Positions 40,092 through 53,900 of a stretch of 64,000 bases of DNA are shown piece by piece; the stretch's first letter is position 1; each line of letters starts with the position of its first letter. The DNA lies in contig NC_087436.1 in assembly GCF_036321535.1 (NCBI RefSeq), forward strand, positions 16,492,001 to 16,556,000, given 5' to 3'. A model generated the notes under the pieces. It did no database searches. It was not told the origin of the DNA and saw only the letters and a list, made by a program, of their open reading frames with translations. Both the position numbers and the translations under genes were made by a program. The DNA comes from Camelus dromedarius (Eukaryota).

Positions 40092-40997
40092 CCCCTTCCC
40101 CACTCCAAATATCAGCAGGGATAATTTTCTCTTTCTTTTAACATTATCTGCTTCTATGGTTGCCAGATAAAATTCAGACACTAAATCTCAGATAAGCAAC
40201 GAATCATTTTTTTAGTGTAAGTATGTCCCATACACTTTGCTTTCTTTCTGAATCTGACACCTCTACCAGTATTGTTTCTCAGTTCAGTCTTGCATAAGGA
40301 TCTTTAGAAATCAGTTTTTCTGTTGAAAATATTTTAGTAATTTTCCAGAAGGAAAGGTCCTACTTGTGTCAGATGAGAGGTTTCTGCAAACAGTTGGCCC
40401 CTCTGGGTATGAATGAGCACTGTCTTCATCCAGAGCAGCTGGGGAAGGGGCCTGGGTAAGAGGGCACACAGGGGCCAGGAGTCTTTGCCTGCTAAGCCAA
40501 GAAGCCAAGAACAAAGATGTGTGAACTCTGGCCAATGCAAACACAGTGGCTATCCCAGGTGGATCCTCTTGCCTCCTATAGGAAGTGATAGCAGCACAGG
40601 CTCTTCCTGAGCCATGAGATGCTCATGGGACCTTCCTGCTCGTCACATGAATAAAACATCCCATCTCCATGTGATCATCTATCTTTGAGCTTCAAAAGCA
40701 ACATCACCTTGGGGAAACAGAGATAGCTCAACTTGACAGTCCATCAGCTCAACAATCAGAACAAGCTGAAATCTAGAGTTGATCAATGAGAAATGTGGAT
40801 TAGCCATTTCAAGAGCGCTGACTGATTCCATGAAGAAGAGCACATACTGTGTTAGGTGTCACTGCCAACTTCTTGCAAAGTTATTAACCTACGAGTATTA
40901 ATGGATGGCTGTTACAGGGTTAGGATTGCAGCAGCTGCCATACACACAGAGGAGAGATCCCAATTCCTGTCCTAACTGATGAATAAGCTAACGGCAG

Positions 40998-41454
40998 TGA
41001 AAGTGGAAAACTAACAAGACGGCTGGTGAACTGTTCAGGCCTGGGCTTCTAGCTAAACTGATCTTATGGCTAACGTGCTCCCTTCCTTGTGCACTCTTTT
41101 CTTAGAGTAACTTACCCTTTCACCCTAGAGGTCTTGAAACAAGGTCATGGACTGAACCTCAAGAAAATGGGCAGGCCCTCTTTAATTCCTCCGTAACAGC
41201 AGCAAGTTCTTATCAGGATGAAAGGAATGTAGATCCTGCCCACACCCTGATTGTTATCACCCTTATGTTCCCATTTTTCCACAAAACCCCAGGACTCTTA
41301 CCCCAAGACGGGCTCACGGTCTCTGAGGCATCAGCCTGCTGTGGCTTCTCTTCCCTGGCAAGGCAATAAAGCTGTTCTTTTTTAATTCTCCCCAAACTCT
41401 GCCTCCAAGTATCAATTTGGCTATTGGGGTTCAGAAGCCAGTTTTTCGGCAACA
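40998..41454 (+). mobile_element. ERV1-type solo LTR related to 38906-39491 (5' boundary uncertain)
   Basis: Shared gggctcac..gt.t.tga.ggca...agcctgctgtg...gcaataaa block; ends ttttcggcaaca. Confidence 0.7.
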
Positions 41455-42378
41455 GTAACCCTGCACAGGAGTACAGTTTCTTCCACTTTTTTTTTTTTTT
41501 TTTTTTTGGAGGGGATGGGAAAACCACAAGATACAATGCCTTTCCACTCAACTGTTAGATTTAGGTCTCAAAAGTTAAATTCTGTAAGGTCTTAACTGAG
41601 GTCTATAGTATCGTTTGGCTGACAGATAACTAGCAGATTGGTGCAAGGTCGGAAGGCAGATACAAACTATTTTTTCCTGCAACTTTATAGGAAACCACCC
41701 ATGAATATTAAATACATGAGAAGAGTCTCTTTCAGAGGTACTTGTGTGGTCACGAGGAGCCTGCCCTTCCTAAGCCAAGGATGTAACCACTGCAAAGCCC
41801 AAGGAGCTGCTGCCTGCAGGCCTGAGGCTTCTGAGCTGTTTGTTCCTCTCTCCTTCTTCTGGTTGAAACAGTTAATTTTTTTTGGCATTTTTCCTTGAAA
41901 TGAGAAAAACTCATTTTAAATTGCCTTTAACTAACTGATGGTCCTCTGATGAGAGCAATTTACCTCCTGAATATGAAAGAGAATTCCCTCCACCCTACCG
42001 TCGTGATGTGTCTCCCCAGAGAATAATGCACCCAGGCAGGCCCACAGGCTCCCTTTAATCAGAGGCTGTTTTACATGATCATAGTCATCATTAGTCAGTG
42101 TCACGCCCACCGTTTATCCCAGGGACAAGGAAAACTCGGAAAGGAGGCAAGGCTCCCTGCCATTCAGAGGGATCTGAAAAAAGCCAGAAGCCCTGCTTTC
42201 TGAGGGTTGTCTCCTCATCAGAAAAGGACCAGCAATCAGCCCAGTGAGAGCCCACCTCTTCATAGCACTGCACAACAACTGTATGAGAGCAGCAGACTTT
42301 TAATCACTGCTTGGAGCTGTGCTCTAATTACAAACTCAGATAAAATATGCATTAACATTTGCATTTTGGGCAGTCATT

Positions 42379-42928
42379 TGTCACACAAAGAAAAGAAATT
42401 GTTTACTCTTCGCAGAAATCAGAACTTCACCCCTTCAGAGATAAAACATCAGGGAAATACTCTCCATTTTAAAACAAAGACCATTGCCTGCCATCCAGTT
42501 CCACAAGGATCAAGTCATTAGCCACTGCAGTCACTGACTGACCCTGCACCTTGAGAGGAATTCAGAAGGAAAAACGGAACGAGGCACTCTGCTTTGGGAA
42601 AACAGGCCCCTTAGGTAAAGATATCTCAGGGAAAAAAATTTTAATGAACCCAGATTCTTGCATCTTCTCATTCCTAGAAAAGCACTAAAATCATTAACTG
42701 AGATATCTGATCCTTGTGACTAGCAGTAACCTCTTACTGAGATGTATACTTGACTACATATATTCCCCGCCAAAATCATACCTATACCGGCTTCTTCCTC
42801 TACCTCTTTGAAGCAGCCGTCTCAGAGCTACTGAGAGGCTGTTTCCTGGGCTACAGTTTTCAGTAAGGTCCCAGAATATAACTGAAATGCACACACAACT
42901 CTTAGTTTGTGCGTTTTTCTTTCGGGAA
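42379..42928 (+). mobile_element. ERV1-type solo LTR related to 39623-40091
   Basis: Shared blocks caagtcattagcc, agaaaagcactaaa, tacctctttgaagcag...ctcagagc...ctgagaggctgt. Confidence 0.7.
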
Positions 42929-43952
42929 CTTTGATGAGATTTTTAAACAAATAGTGTGTTGGTATTAGCTTCTAAACTCTGCAGTGAGTAGAATTCAGAC
43001 TTGGACTTGAGTGAGCCAATGCAAATGAATGCACAGAACACTGTAAATAAAACCCAAGGGTTCCAGGTGGCCCTCTGGCAATTCCAAACAGGAGACTCAG
43101 GAATATATCATCTCAAGGTTCAAGGTTTCCATTACATTTTTTTTTAACAGGTCAATTTAAGCTCTCTGAAACAAATTCTCCCCTCCAAGCAACATTTACT
43201 ATTCCAACCATAAAACGTTTACCATGTGTTCAAGCTAATACAGCTGCTTATGGCAACAACTGTGGCTAACATGCTGCACACTTTAAAGCAATTGTTAGCA
43301 ATTGGAGCAAATTCCCCAACCTAACCAACTTTATGTGGGAAGACAAATTAAAAACAAAAAACAAACCTCAACTCTGGGCAATCCAATCAGCAGTGATTGT
43401 ACATAAAACTATCACTTAATTTCAGCAAACACCCGTGATATTTCTAACAGCTGCCAGACCTACAGAACTAGAAATAGAGCTAATGCACCCAAAGGCAGAC
43501 AAAGATCAGAAGAAACCACAGAAATAAACACTCACAGCTCAATGACCATTCTCATTTAATTACAAAACCCCAGAGTCCACAGCTGCTAAAAAATTGAAGG
43601 GTCTTTAAACAAGGAAGTTCCTTCCCTAAAGGCATATTCCAGCATTAAAGACAGAAGCAATATTCATACCCTTAGGGAATCTTCCCTAAAGGTTATGAGT
43701 AAACTTGTCTCAGATGACTGAACCCATTTCTTGTCTACAAAATCAGAAATTACTCTTGTAAACCAGACAAGTGTTTTCATAAATCAGTGTGATCAAAAGA
43801 ACAGTAGGGTCTTAAAGAGTGACAAGAGTCAAGGGGATTTTTGTTTCCTCTAGACAATGCTACTGCAACTAAAAATAAATCCCTACTACCCAAAGGGACA
43901 TTACAACCCAAATGGTTAATCTACGCTTGATACAATCAGATTTCAAATATTC

Positions 43953-44088
43953 TGGGGGGAAGGGTGCAGCTCGAGTGGTAGAGCGTGTGCTCAGCACCCA
44001 AGAGGTCCCAGGTTCAATCCCCGGTACCTCCTCCAAGGGGAAATCAATGAAGAAATCTAATTACCTCCCCTTCAGAAAACAATACAAC
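43953..44088 (+). mobile_element. tRNA-derived SINE (camelid-type)
   Basis: gggggaagggtgcagctcgagtggtagagcg (A-box)...ggttcaatcccc (B-box) plus tail; perfect TSD caaatattctg. Confidence 0.9.
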
Positions 44089-44245
44089 CAAATATTCTGA
44101 AATAGTCCACACACTTATTAGTCTTTTATTAATAGCTGTAAATCTATAGAGTTTCTAGGATCACTTGCAATTTGCTGATAAGTTTTAAATACTTTAAATT
44201 TAGGGGAGGGGGGGAGGTGTACAAAAAAGAGAGTACATATTTTTT

Positions 44246-44428
44246 AGGGCAGCAGTTTCCACCACAGCTGCATATTTTTAAATGCTGATGCCATGGGCTC
44301 CTGCCCCAGACCATTCAGTCAGACTCTCTAGGGCGGGGGTGGTCAGGCATCTGCATTTCATCAGATGCATTCAAAACCTCCGCCAAATCATCCTAATATG
44401 CATCTGAGGTTAAGATCCATCATCTTGG
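44246..44428. mobile_element. hAT-Charlie MER5-like fossil
   Basis: tttaaatgctgatgccatgggc...ccccagacc...cagactctctagggcgggg...caggcatctgcattt. Confidence 0.7.
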
Positions 44429-47400
44429 AGAGCAGACATTATACCCTAATTTCCAAGGCAAAACTGAAGGTTACCTTTCCACTGCTGTCATAAAAATCAT
44501 AAAGTCCTAAGTCAGGAATAAAACAGATATGACAAAGGCTTGGAAAGATGGCTTAATGGTTTGGTAATGTCCTTAACCATGGAAAGCTGAGAAAAACGAA
44601 AAATAAAACAACTTCCCAAGATTGATGAGAACTTGAGTGAGCCCTCATCTTAGTCACGGGCATTCATTTTCTTATTATGATGAGGTTCCAACGGGAATGC
44701 AAGCCAGGGCGTTTCAGAAATAGAAATATCTGACACAAATTACATACGTTATTTCAGTGTGTGCCTCAACTATGTAATCTTCCTGAGATTGCCTGCACAT
44801 TTTTTAATGCAGTGAGTACTCAATAATAACTAATGTTTACTGAGCTCTTATTTACTATGTACTGAAGCCAAAGAGAATGCTTCCTGAATGTTCTTATTTA
44901 ATCCTTACAACCACCCTGAAAGGTGGGCATGATAATTATCCTCATTGGATAGATAAGGAAAGGGACTCAGACTAAGTTATATGATTGAGCCACACAGCAA
45001 GGGGGTAGGAGGTAGCCTAGGACCCTGGGCTCAAAACTAGTATATGATCTAGCTGAATACAAGAAGGACTGACCAACAATTTACACGGCTGGTTTCAAAA
45101 GCTAGGACTCCACCTGATGAGGTGACTGCCCTGAAGAATGATTAAACACTTACTATTTCACCAATTTTGGAAGAAAGGAAGATACGGCACTCAACCACAG
45201 TTCTTCCTCAGTATCACCACCCTCGACAATTCTACAGTCATCATAAATATGAAGCTGAAAGACAGGACCAAGAGACAGAATGAAAGAGGGACAAGATTCT
45301 TCTGAGTCTGGGCCTGAGTCACTGCCCTACATTATAGCTACTTTCAGGTTAACTGTACATCAATAGCCTAGGAGCCAAGAGTATCTACAGCAAGGAAAGC
45401 CTATAAAATAATAGCCTTAGGGGGAAAAAGGCTCAGAAAACATCACTGAAAGTCATCTGTGCATCTGATTTGAAACCATATTCACCAAAATAACTTAAAA
45501 TATCTGGATATTTATCATGTTAACTAAAATTAACATTCTGATCTTTCATAATATGGGTCTGAAATTTTAGGAGGGAGGCCAAACAAATGCATATGGAGGA
45601 CACTACTATTTAATAGATTCAGGTTAGCCCTAAGACCCATTCTTAAAAAATGCAGAGACTAGATTTGCTCCCCTGTTCCTAATAGTTCGAATTTTAATGC
45701 ATTAAAAATAAATCAAAATCAAAAAACAGAAGGTGGTGACATGAAGAAAGTCACAGTAAAAAAAATGTTTATGACTCTGCTCGGGAAGAACCACCAACCA
45801 TAAGCCCTTGCAGTTCGTGGGACTCAAACGTGAGGGATCACCCCACCACAAAGGTAAGGAGGCAGACATAATCTGTTACTATTTTCTTTTTAAGTTCCCT
45901 GGACAACTCAGCTCTAAAATAACTATTTCACAAACTGTGATCTCTCCTCTCCCATTTTCCCGGCACTCTGTAATTTGCCAATGGAATAAAATACTTTCAT
46001 TAAATTTTTAAAAAATATTTTTAATAAAAAAATTATTTTTAATAATTAAAAATAATAAAAAAATGGTAGCACCTCCCTGTGGACTCCTGGTGCATCTGTA
46101 CTTTAAAATGGATGTGATCTGGTTTCCTTCCTTGCCTCACAAACTGTTAATATATTAAAAAACCAAACCAATTCCAGAGATTTTTAGTGAGTTACTGTAC
46201 TGAATTATGGGGTGCTACATTGTCTTTTATCAGTTTCACATCTTACAAATTACCTGATACAATCTAAAAAAGTGGAAAAGATCTCAGACCTTTGGGAACT
46301 GAAACATTTGTATTTTTGTTTCTTTGTAACGCACATCCTAGATACATTACCGTGTGAACACACAGACAGACAGACATTAGCTCTTGAGGGAAGGCCTATC
46401 AAGTGGCTCTCCAGGCTTCAGATTCACCTGTATCCATTAGTTTTTCTAATTTATAGAGGGTAGCTGAAACGGCAAATAGAAAGCACATTTATTACTGTTT
46501 TACAAGACCCGTATGAGTTAAAAGATAGCCTACATACAGGCAATTCTACACTGATTTACATCACAAAAGGGAAGCTTCTCTATGTGCCCTTAAACTAACT
46601 TCGTTACATCCTCGGTGACTCATTTTTATAGCCCCTGTTCACAGCCTAAATAATTTAAAGTTCCTACAAAGCAATCAGATGCTTTACCTAAATATTGCTT
46701 CCCTCTTTTTTCTAGTTTCCTTTTCTTGCAAATGGTTTTAACTAGCTCAATGAGTTTCTGTATGGTTGTTATTTAAATCTTAAAGGAGTGGATATGATTG
46801 AAAAAACAAATTTGGAGTCAGGAGTCTTGCCACCAAATAGCTCTGTTATTTCAGTCAAGTTACAGAATCTCTGGAGTGGAATTATCTCACCAAGAAAATG
46901 AAGACACTGCAGTAGAGGATTTGTAAGTTTCCTCCTACCTATGACCAAATAACACAAATGTTTCCCTTCCTTTTCCTACTCTCAGGACGGAGTTCAGAGG
47001 CAGCCAACTTTCTGGTTGGATGGGATGGTCTGCCCAGTCAGTGCTTTGCCCAACGTTGGAGTCTTTGAACACTAAGGAACACCAGTCTTGGCTCCATCCC
47101 AGTTCACCATGAAACAAAACAAAAGTTCATTAGCTTTTTAATACTGCCATTTCCACAGCCTTAAAATACCACTATAGAAGCTGAAGTAAACTATTTAATC
47201 TCCTTGAGTTTCAGGTTTTTAACTGCCTAGGGCTAGCAAAAATCCTAAAATACCTGGGTCAAGTTCACAGTCATCCCCAAAACCTCCAGATCAACACAGT
47301 GCTAAAATACTGAATGTCAATAAAATCTTAAAAGCTGCAAAATAATAACCATGATTATCAGGGGAAAAAACACTACTCTTAAAGCACCCCCTGCCTTACA

Positions 47401-47738
47401 ATGAAAATTATCAGGGAGGGTCTGCAAACAAGAGGATGAAAGAAAAAGAAAATCTTTTCTCTGCTGGGCCACTGTGAGTTGTATACGCTTCTCTCTTTCC
47501 TAAGTCCTATGCCCAGGGATTCCTGCTCTTTCTAGTGAGGAAGCAAAGAAAGATGTTCCTCTCTTCTGGCCACCTCCCTTCCTCATGCTTCAATCTCTAT
47601 CAAATCCAAATTCCTTTTTGCCTCCAGGATTGGTCTTCTAAAACACTTTCCTGGTTATGTCACTTTCACTGTCCTTACTCAATTTACTTTTGTGCAAATG
47701 AGGAGTCTTCAAAAGGATTTCAATTTGGTATATTATTG

Positions 47739-48246
47739 CGTCAAGGAGAAAAAAACTTTTTCCTTTACCCTTGTAGGTTCCTCTGGCTGGTGTAAAAATT
47801 AAATGGACATGAGACAGATAAACAGGAGAAAATCAAACAAATATTTAATAACATGCATCCATGGGAGAGACTCAGGGAAAGTGAATAACTCACCAAAAAG
47901 ATTGAAGCCCTCACCTTAAATACCATCCTCAGCTAAAGACAAAAGAGGATGTGGAGGTGGGCAGAGTCAGTTAGGGAAGGTTACAAAGAAAAGCGCAGTA
48001 AATAAATCTGACATGCATATTCAAATCATTGCCTTCTCCACCAATGAGTTTTTAGAGATTTGGTCATCCTCCTCTTTCCGGTACAGTGAGGGAGACACCT
48101 TACAAATGCAAATATTCCTTTAAAAGGGTAACTCCTACTTGGTGCATAAAGCTTTTCTCAGGTCTTTTTCTCAGAAGATAGCCAGCTTAAAACAATCAGT
48201 AGGTCAAAGAGACATATTCTGGGGTGACAAATTCTGCTCCCCTGCA
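47739..48246 (-). mobile_element. ERV1-type solo LTR, sense to DCLK2
   Basis: 4-bp TSD attg; gacatgagacagataacaggagaaaa...catattctggggtgacaaattctgctcccctgca. Confidence 0.75.
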
Positions 48247-48681
48247 ATTGCATAATATCATGAAAGCCCTGTCTAGGGGAGCCATCAGGGTTCCTAGCTG
48301 TGTCTGCATACAGAAGCTCAACACCCTCATCTGCTCACCGCGCCCCCTCCCTCTCAAATGCCAGGCAGGGCACACCTGCCAGAAGTGTGCACATTCCATT
48401 GGCCCATGCCTTCTAGGTGAGATGACTTTGTCAGGTTCCAAGTTGATGAGAGATGAGTATTAGGTCCCTAAGAGTGGAAGGTGGGCAAAAGAAGCCAGCT
48501 TAGTGGACACGCAGAGGCAGAGGAAGCACCATTAAGCTGATGCCAGGATTGTACATGTACATGGACAGGTGAGCTGATGGGATTTACGCAGGAGGGCCTC
48601 TCCTCTGCAGCCCCAGTGCTCATCTGAGCAGCCTGGAATCTCCACACCAGCCCCACATGTTAGTCCGTATCTAGGATGTAC

Positions 48682-49227
48682 TGTTGCACCCAAGCTCACA
48701 TGCCCAATGCACAGTGAGGCCAAACAAACAAAACGTCTGTAGGAGAGAAAAGGTTTTGGCAAGGGCCAAGCAAGGAGAACAGGTGGTGGCTCATGCTCAA
48801 AAGGTCGGAATGAGATGGCTTTCTAGGAAGAGTTTTTAAAGGCAAATTTGTGGGGTGGAGGGGTGAGGGGGAGTTGAGGGGGAAGGGCTTTCTTCTGATT
48901 GGTTTATGGTGAGGTAACAGGGAGTTGCTCCAGGAATCTTGCACTCAGCCTGAAGTCACCATCCTCCACCTGGGTGGGGACTTGAGCTCCTAAAGAGGAA
49001 CTCAAAGATGCATTGTTGTATATATCCTCGAGGACTTCCTAGGACTCCACTTTGGGGTTGCTGCACTACTGTTTGACTGCTTTTCCTTTGTTTCTGCATT
49101 CCTTCATTTCCCTAACTCTGTTTGAATCTGCCCTTTGGACCTCAGGGAAGGCACACAAACAAAAAAAGGGGGACACAGAAAGGCTTTTTTGTACCTGGGA
49201 GGGCCCCACTGGTTCTGCTCAGTTTCA
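48682..49227 (-). mobile_element. ERV1-type solo LTR, sense to DCLK2
   Basis: tgttgcacccaagctc...ttcttctgattggtt...ctgctcagtttca; TG/CA termini. Confidence 0.75.
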
Positions 49228-49622
49228 AGTGTGAATGGTCCCTCCTTTGATGTGGTACCTTGTGGAGGGCACAATCTAAGCATTTCACATTGTCTCCTTC
49301 CTGCTTACTTTGTTAATTCCTCACTGCTCAAAGAACACAATTCAAGCCCCTCAGGAAAATCTTATTCAATATCTTTCAGAATATGGCTCCATATTCTTTT
49401 CTATTATATTCTTTTCGATATACCATTTTTTTTCTATTATATTCCCTAAGGTTTCCACACACTGTACTATTCATGGGTCTTTCAATAGAGTCATGTACTT
49501 TTACGCCTTCATGCCACTGATTTTGTTTTTGTTTTTGTTTGTTTTTTGCTTGGAATACCCTTTTCTATATTCAAAAATCCAATTCACTCTTCAAGATACC
49601 CCTCCAATGTCACCTCTCCTAT

Positions 49623-50158
49623 TGAGACAGGAGGGAAGGGCACATCCATTAAAAGAATGACACAGCAGTTGAGGATAGGACATAAACTGGTTAGAACCAA
49701 CTTGGCCCAAGATGGCAGAAGATTCAACTCCCAGTAGACCTTGAGCCTTATTACAGACTTCTTGTAGTACATTAGCTGCTAAGTGACAAACCCACAGATG
49801 TCATGAGTTTCCCGGCTGATCATGAAAGGCCAAAAAAATGGGTGATAGCCCAATGCCAGGAAATCCCCCACCCCTTCCCTAAAATAGTTGGAATAATCCT
49901 CCCACTTGTTAGCCTATGACCAGCCCATAAAAACTAGCAAACACATGCCCTAAGGCTGCCTCTCTTGCCTTCTGAAAAGCCCACACTCTGTCTTGGAATG
50001 TGTATCTCCCTGAATAAACTTGATTTCACTTCTCTATGGCTCACTCTTAAATTCTCTCCTCGGCAAAGACAAGGACCTTCACCTGGGGGGGTGCATTCCA
50101 GCCACTTCCCCAAGACCTGGGATGTAACCATCTGCACACACCCCATTTTCCTGCAACA
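49623..50158 (+). mobile_element. ERV1-type solo LTR
   Basis: TG...CA with 4-bp TSD ctat; cccaagatggc; cccataaaa; AATAAA at about 50013. Confidence 0.85.
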
Positions 50159-50404
50159 CTATCAAATTTTTCCTAACTTTCTTCTTTCAGCAGAAGTAAT
50201 CATTCTAACACTTAAGAAATATTCCTAAATGTTGAATGAATAATCAATCACATTACATTGTATTATTTTAGCTCATGTGTCTGAGAATTCCTTGAAGGCA
50301 TATTTATATTCCTAGAGATTGCACAGCTCCTGACATATATTTGGTGCTCCACAGAGGAATGCACCCATACATCCCCATTACTCAGTCCAGTAAGCAAAGC
50401 CCAG

Positions 50405-51068
50405 AGTAATCTTTATCAGTTCATGCATTCTCAAAAGGGGCAACAGTTCCCTTAAGGTGGGTGAAAATAGATTCTTGGGGGTGGTTATGGACTGATTCGT
50501 ATACCCCCTCTAAATTTTCATATGTTGAAGTCTTAACCCCCAGTATCTCAGAATGTAAATATACCTGGAGCCCGGGACTCTAAAGAGGTAATTAAAGTTA
50601 AATGAGGTCACATGGGTGGGCCCTAACTCATTCTGACTGGTGTTCTTACAAGAGTAAATTTGGAAACCCAGAGACACCAGGGATGTGTGTATACAGACAC
50701 GGCCAGAAGACAGCCATCTGCAAGCCAAAAAGAGAGGTCTCAGGAGAAACCAAACCTGCTGGCACCTTGGTCTTGGACCTCCAGCCTCCAGAACTGTGAC
50801 AAAACAAATTTCTGTTGTTTAAGCCGCCCAGTCTGTGGTATTTCATTATAGCAGCCTTAGCAAATTAATACAGGAAGCAAAAATACCTTAGCTATTACAA
50901 TGATTTGTGGCCTTTCAAAGTCCACCCCTACCTGACAAAATTGCATTCCTTAGTATTTAATTATCTCATTAGGATGAAATTAAAAGATCTTGAATGAGTG
51001 AATAAATTAATATATTTAATTACTTAAACATTTTCCCTTAGAGGTGATAACAAAGCTAAGAAACCCTG
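50405..51068. mobile_element. hAT-Charlie (MER112-like) fossil split by the MLT1 LTR
   Basis: Flanks at about 50405-50481 and 50873-51068 read as one element ending gaggtgataa...gctaagaaaccctg. Confidence 0.5.
50482..50872 (+). mobile_element. MaLR MLT1A/B-type solo LTR
   Basis: ttatggactga...aaattttcatatgttgaagtcttaacccccag...cagcctccagaactgtgac...ttatagcagccttagcaaattaataca. Confidence 0.9.
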
Positions 51069-53820
51069 AAGTGGCTAATAGAGAAATGTATGTAATTTTT
51101 GCAGTTTTCAAGTCCAGACTGACACAAGCACACTGGAAAACAGTAACTCCCCAGGATCTATATACACACATGTTCTTTATACCCTCCTCCTCCTCCTAGA
51201 CCACAACGGGGCAGTGTCCCTCCCTGTGGTGATCTAAGACCCAGTTCCCTCCTGCCTTCTCAGGACCTCATCTGTTTCTACTTCTTTATGGGATAATCTG
51301 CAAGAGCATTTACTTACTTCTCAAGCCTTTCTCACTTCAAAGACACGGTCTCCACAAACCCCACTTAATCTTCCCCATTTTTCCTCCCCCTCACAGCCAA
51401 CATTCTTGGCAGACTTCACTCACTGTCTCCAGGTCCCCCCTACCTGAAGGCTAACATGGCTTCTACTCACCTGTTTTCCACAACCTCCCAGGCCACACCT
51501 CCATCTACCCTCCTCCCTCTGTCCATTCTGGCTGGAATTCAAGGCTCAGTCCTCGTCCCCCTTCTTCCTTCTTGCTCTATACTCTGTGCAGATGACTTTG
51601 TTCATGATTTCAATGACCATGTCCAGCTTCCTTCAGGGCCGCTTGTTTTTCTGAACACATCTCTATCCACCTGTCTGCATGATCTTTACTCTGCTCTCTT
51701 CCCATTATCCTAGGGTAAAAGCTCAAAACTCCCAGGATGATGTTCAATGCCCAGCATAACCTACTTCCATGGCTCTCTCAAGATTCTTCACCTGAGGCCT
51801 GGAAGCCTTTCTCAGTATATCTGCTGTCAGTAACCAGTTAGCCCCTCTATCTCCCCCTCACCATTCCTGACCCTCCACAGGGACAGCCCCATGGCCCATG
51901 TCACCATGGTCACCATCCGACATATTTTCAGACAGACAATAGATTATTCACTTCTCAAATGTCAGTACAGCCACTGTCTTCCTCTCGTAAAGTACCACTT
52001 TTCCATATATAAAGACTGACCTTCTTGAAAAATACATTCCAGCCCTAAAGCTGATGCAAATTATATACTTTAGCTGGTATACAGGAGGAGAACAAAGGTC
52101 TTGAGCCATAAGAAAGTTACACAGGATACACTTACCTGTGTATTCATAAAGCTGATGTGTTCAACCTTGTGAACTCACTTTCTCTTAAGTCATTTTCATG
52201 AGCTATTGTTACTTATATGATACTGTGCACTCACATTGTTTATTGCTTATAAAACTAAGCTTTCTAATGTAACAAAGGCAAAATTAAAAAATAACAACCC
52301 ATCACCTCACTTCTGTTTCTGCACATTTATCTTGAAGCTTCTAGAGTCAGCTGACTAGCTTCCTTCACATGTTTAAAGGCACTTGGTAATAATATGGGAG
52401 CTCGTTTCTAAAAAAAAAAAAACCAAAACAAGGAAATACAGTACACATCATCATTCCACATAAAAATTCAAGTTGGATCTGAAATTTAAATCTCTTACAG
52501 ATATGAAGTCACCTGATGTGAAGCCGCACCAGTAAAATGGAGCATTTAAATCGCCTTTCTGATCTGAGTCCCTCCTTTGCAGTAATTACCCTAAGAGAAC
52601 AGGGTCTAAGCTTGTCTTTGTATCCCTAACACAAGCAAGATTCTTGGTACAAAATGAGTGTGAACACTACTGAAATGAATGAACAGTTCAAGGAGCTTCT
52701 ACTCTAGTGGGGGCAAAATGTAATTAAAGGATTCTTTGATTGGTGTCTATTAGCAAATGAAAAGAAAGAGTAACAAATGGTTTACTGGGAACTCTGAAGA
52801 CCAGGAGACCCTGGGCTTGTGCAGCAAACTGGGTTTTGTTGCCCAGCATCCACGTCCCCACTCTGCTTTTACAGAACACACCTATTCCTAGGGACCCATC
52901 TCTCTCCACTCAATCCAGGGTGGCCTTTGACCAGTGCAGAGCACCAAGTCTCCAATCACAGTTTGACTCTGAAATGATGCTGGGGCGTTAGAGTCTTTCA
53001 CAGATGCTTGCTGGAGGGATGGAGGGGAACCTGGAAGTTGCCAGGGGCCACTGGAGAAGAGACGCCCCCACAGTGATGGTGGGCTCTTCGACAGCTGCCA
53101 AGTGGTCCATGACTTTCACACCTTGATACCTGTCCTCAGATCACCTCAAATTCTCCTTCATTCCTTCACCAGCTGAAGTCTTACTCATTCATCATCAAAG
53201 CTCTATTTAACTGTTCCAGCCTCTGAAAGCAGGGAAGTTCTCCCAATCAGAATGAGTCATTTCTTTGTTCTCACAGTATTTTGTTTAATATCTTAAAGAA
53301 TTTACCAAGCTTTACTTGGCTCCTCTCACTGACAAATGGATAATACTGGCCTTGAAGTTGCTCAGTAAGCCTGTTCCACTTAAAGCGCTGTTTAAAATAT
53401 ACAAACACCAGCGAGACAGGAGTCTTTTTCTTTTTGTTTAAATAAAAGAGGTGAGTTTTATTTTTTAAGTTAATCTTTGAGCAGTGTTAAGCATATTTTT
53501 GGTCTTACCTTAATCATTCATTATAGTCCTTTTAAAAATTAAATCTAAGCCACCACTCAGCTACTCTGAGGGCAGTGTATGAGGAATTCGTTGTTTTGGG
53601 ACGGTTATGGGGCTTTCACTCTCTCTGATGAGCATATAGAGTAAAAAAGGAAAAAAAATCATTTATGTCACATAAGCACATAATTGCTTTTAAATTATGT
53701 ATGCATTTCCCACCCTGCTGTTATTTAACAGTCTGAGATCCTGAGGACTCCAGGCATCCAAATCTTGTTGCTATGTTCACTGTTTTCTCAGGTTTGTTCC
53801 TTCTGCTCATATATACATAA

Positions 53821-53900
53821 AATTTATGTATATATATAATATTTATATTATATATATATAAATTTATGTATATATAATATTTATATTATATATATATAAA
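53821..53900. repeat. AT-rich 40-bp tandem duplication
   Basis: aatttatgtatatatataatatttatattatatatatata occurs twice head-to-tail, nearly exactly. Confidence 0.95.

Noticed and set aside
43953..44030. tRNA-like sequence with A and B boxes
   Set aside because: Has a SINE tail and TSD and other copies occur in the window, so it is a SINE head rather than a tRNA gene.
52128..52150. Perfect donor CAG|GTAAGT preceded by ATG AAT ACA CAG (MNTQ, phase 0)
   Set aside because: No good acceptor, polypyrimidine tract or promoter features, and weak Kozak context. Orphan donors are expected by chance in long introns.
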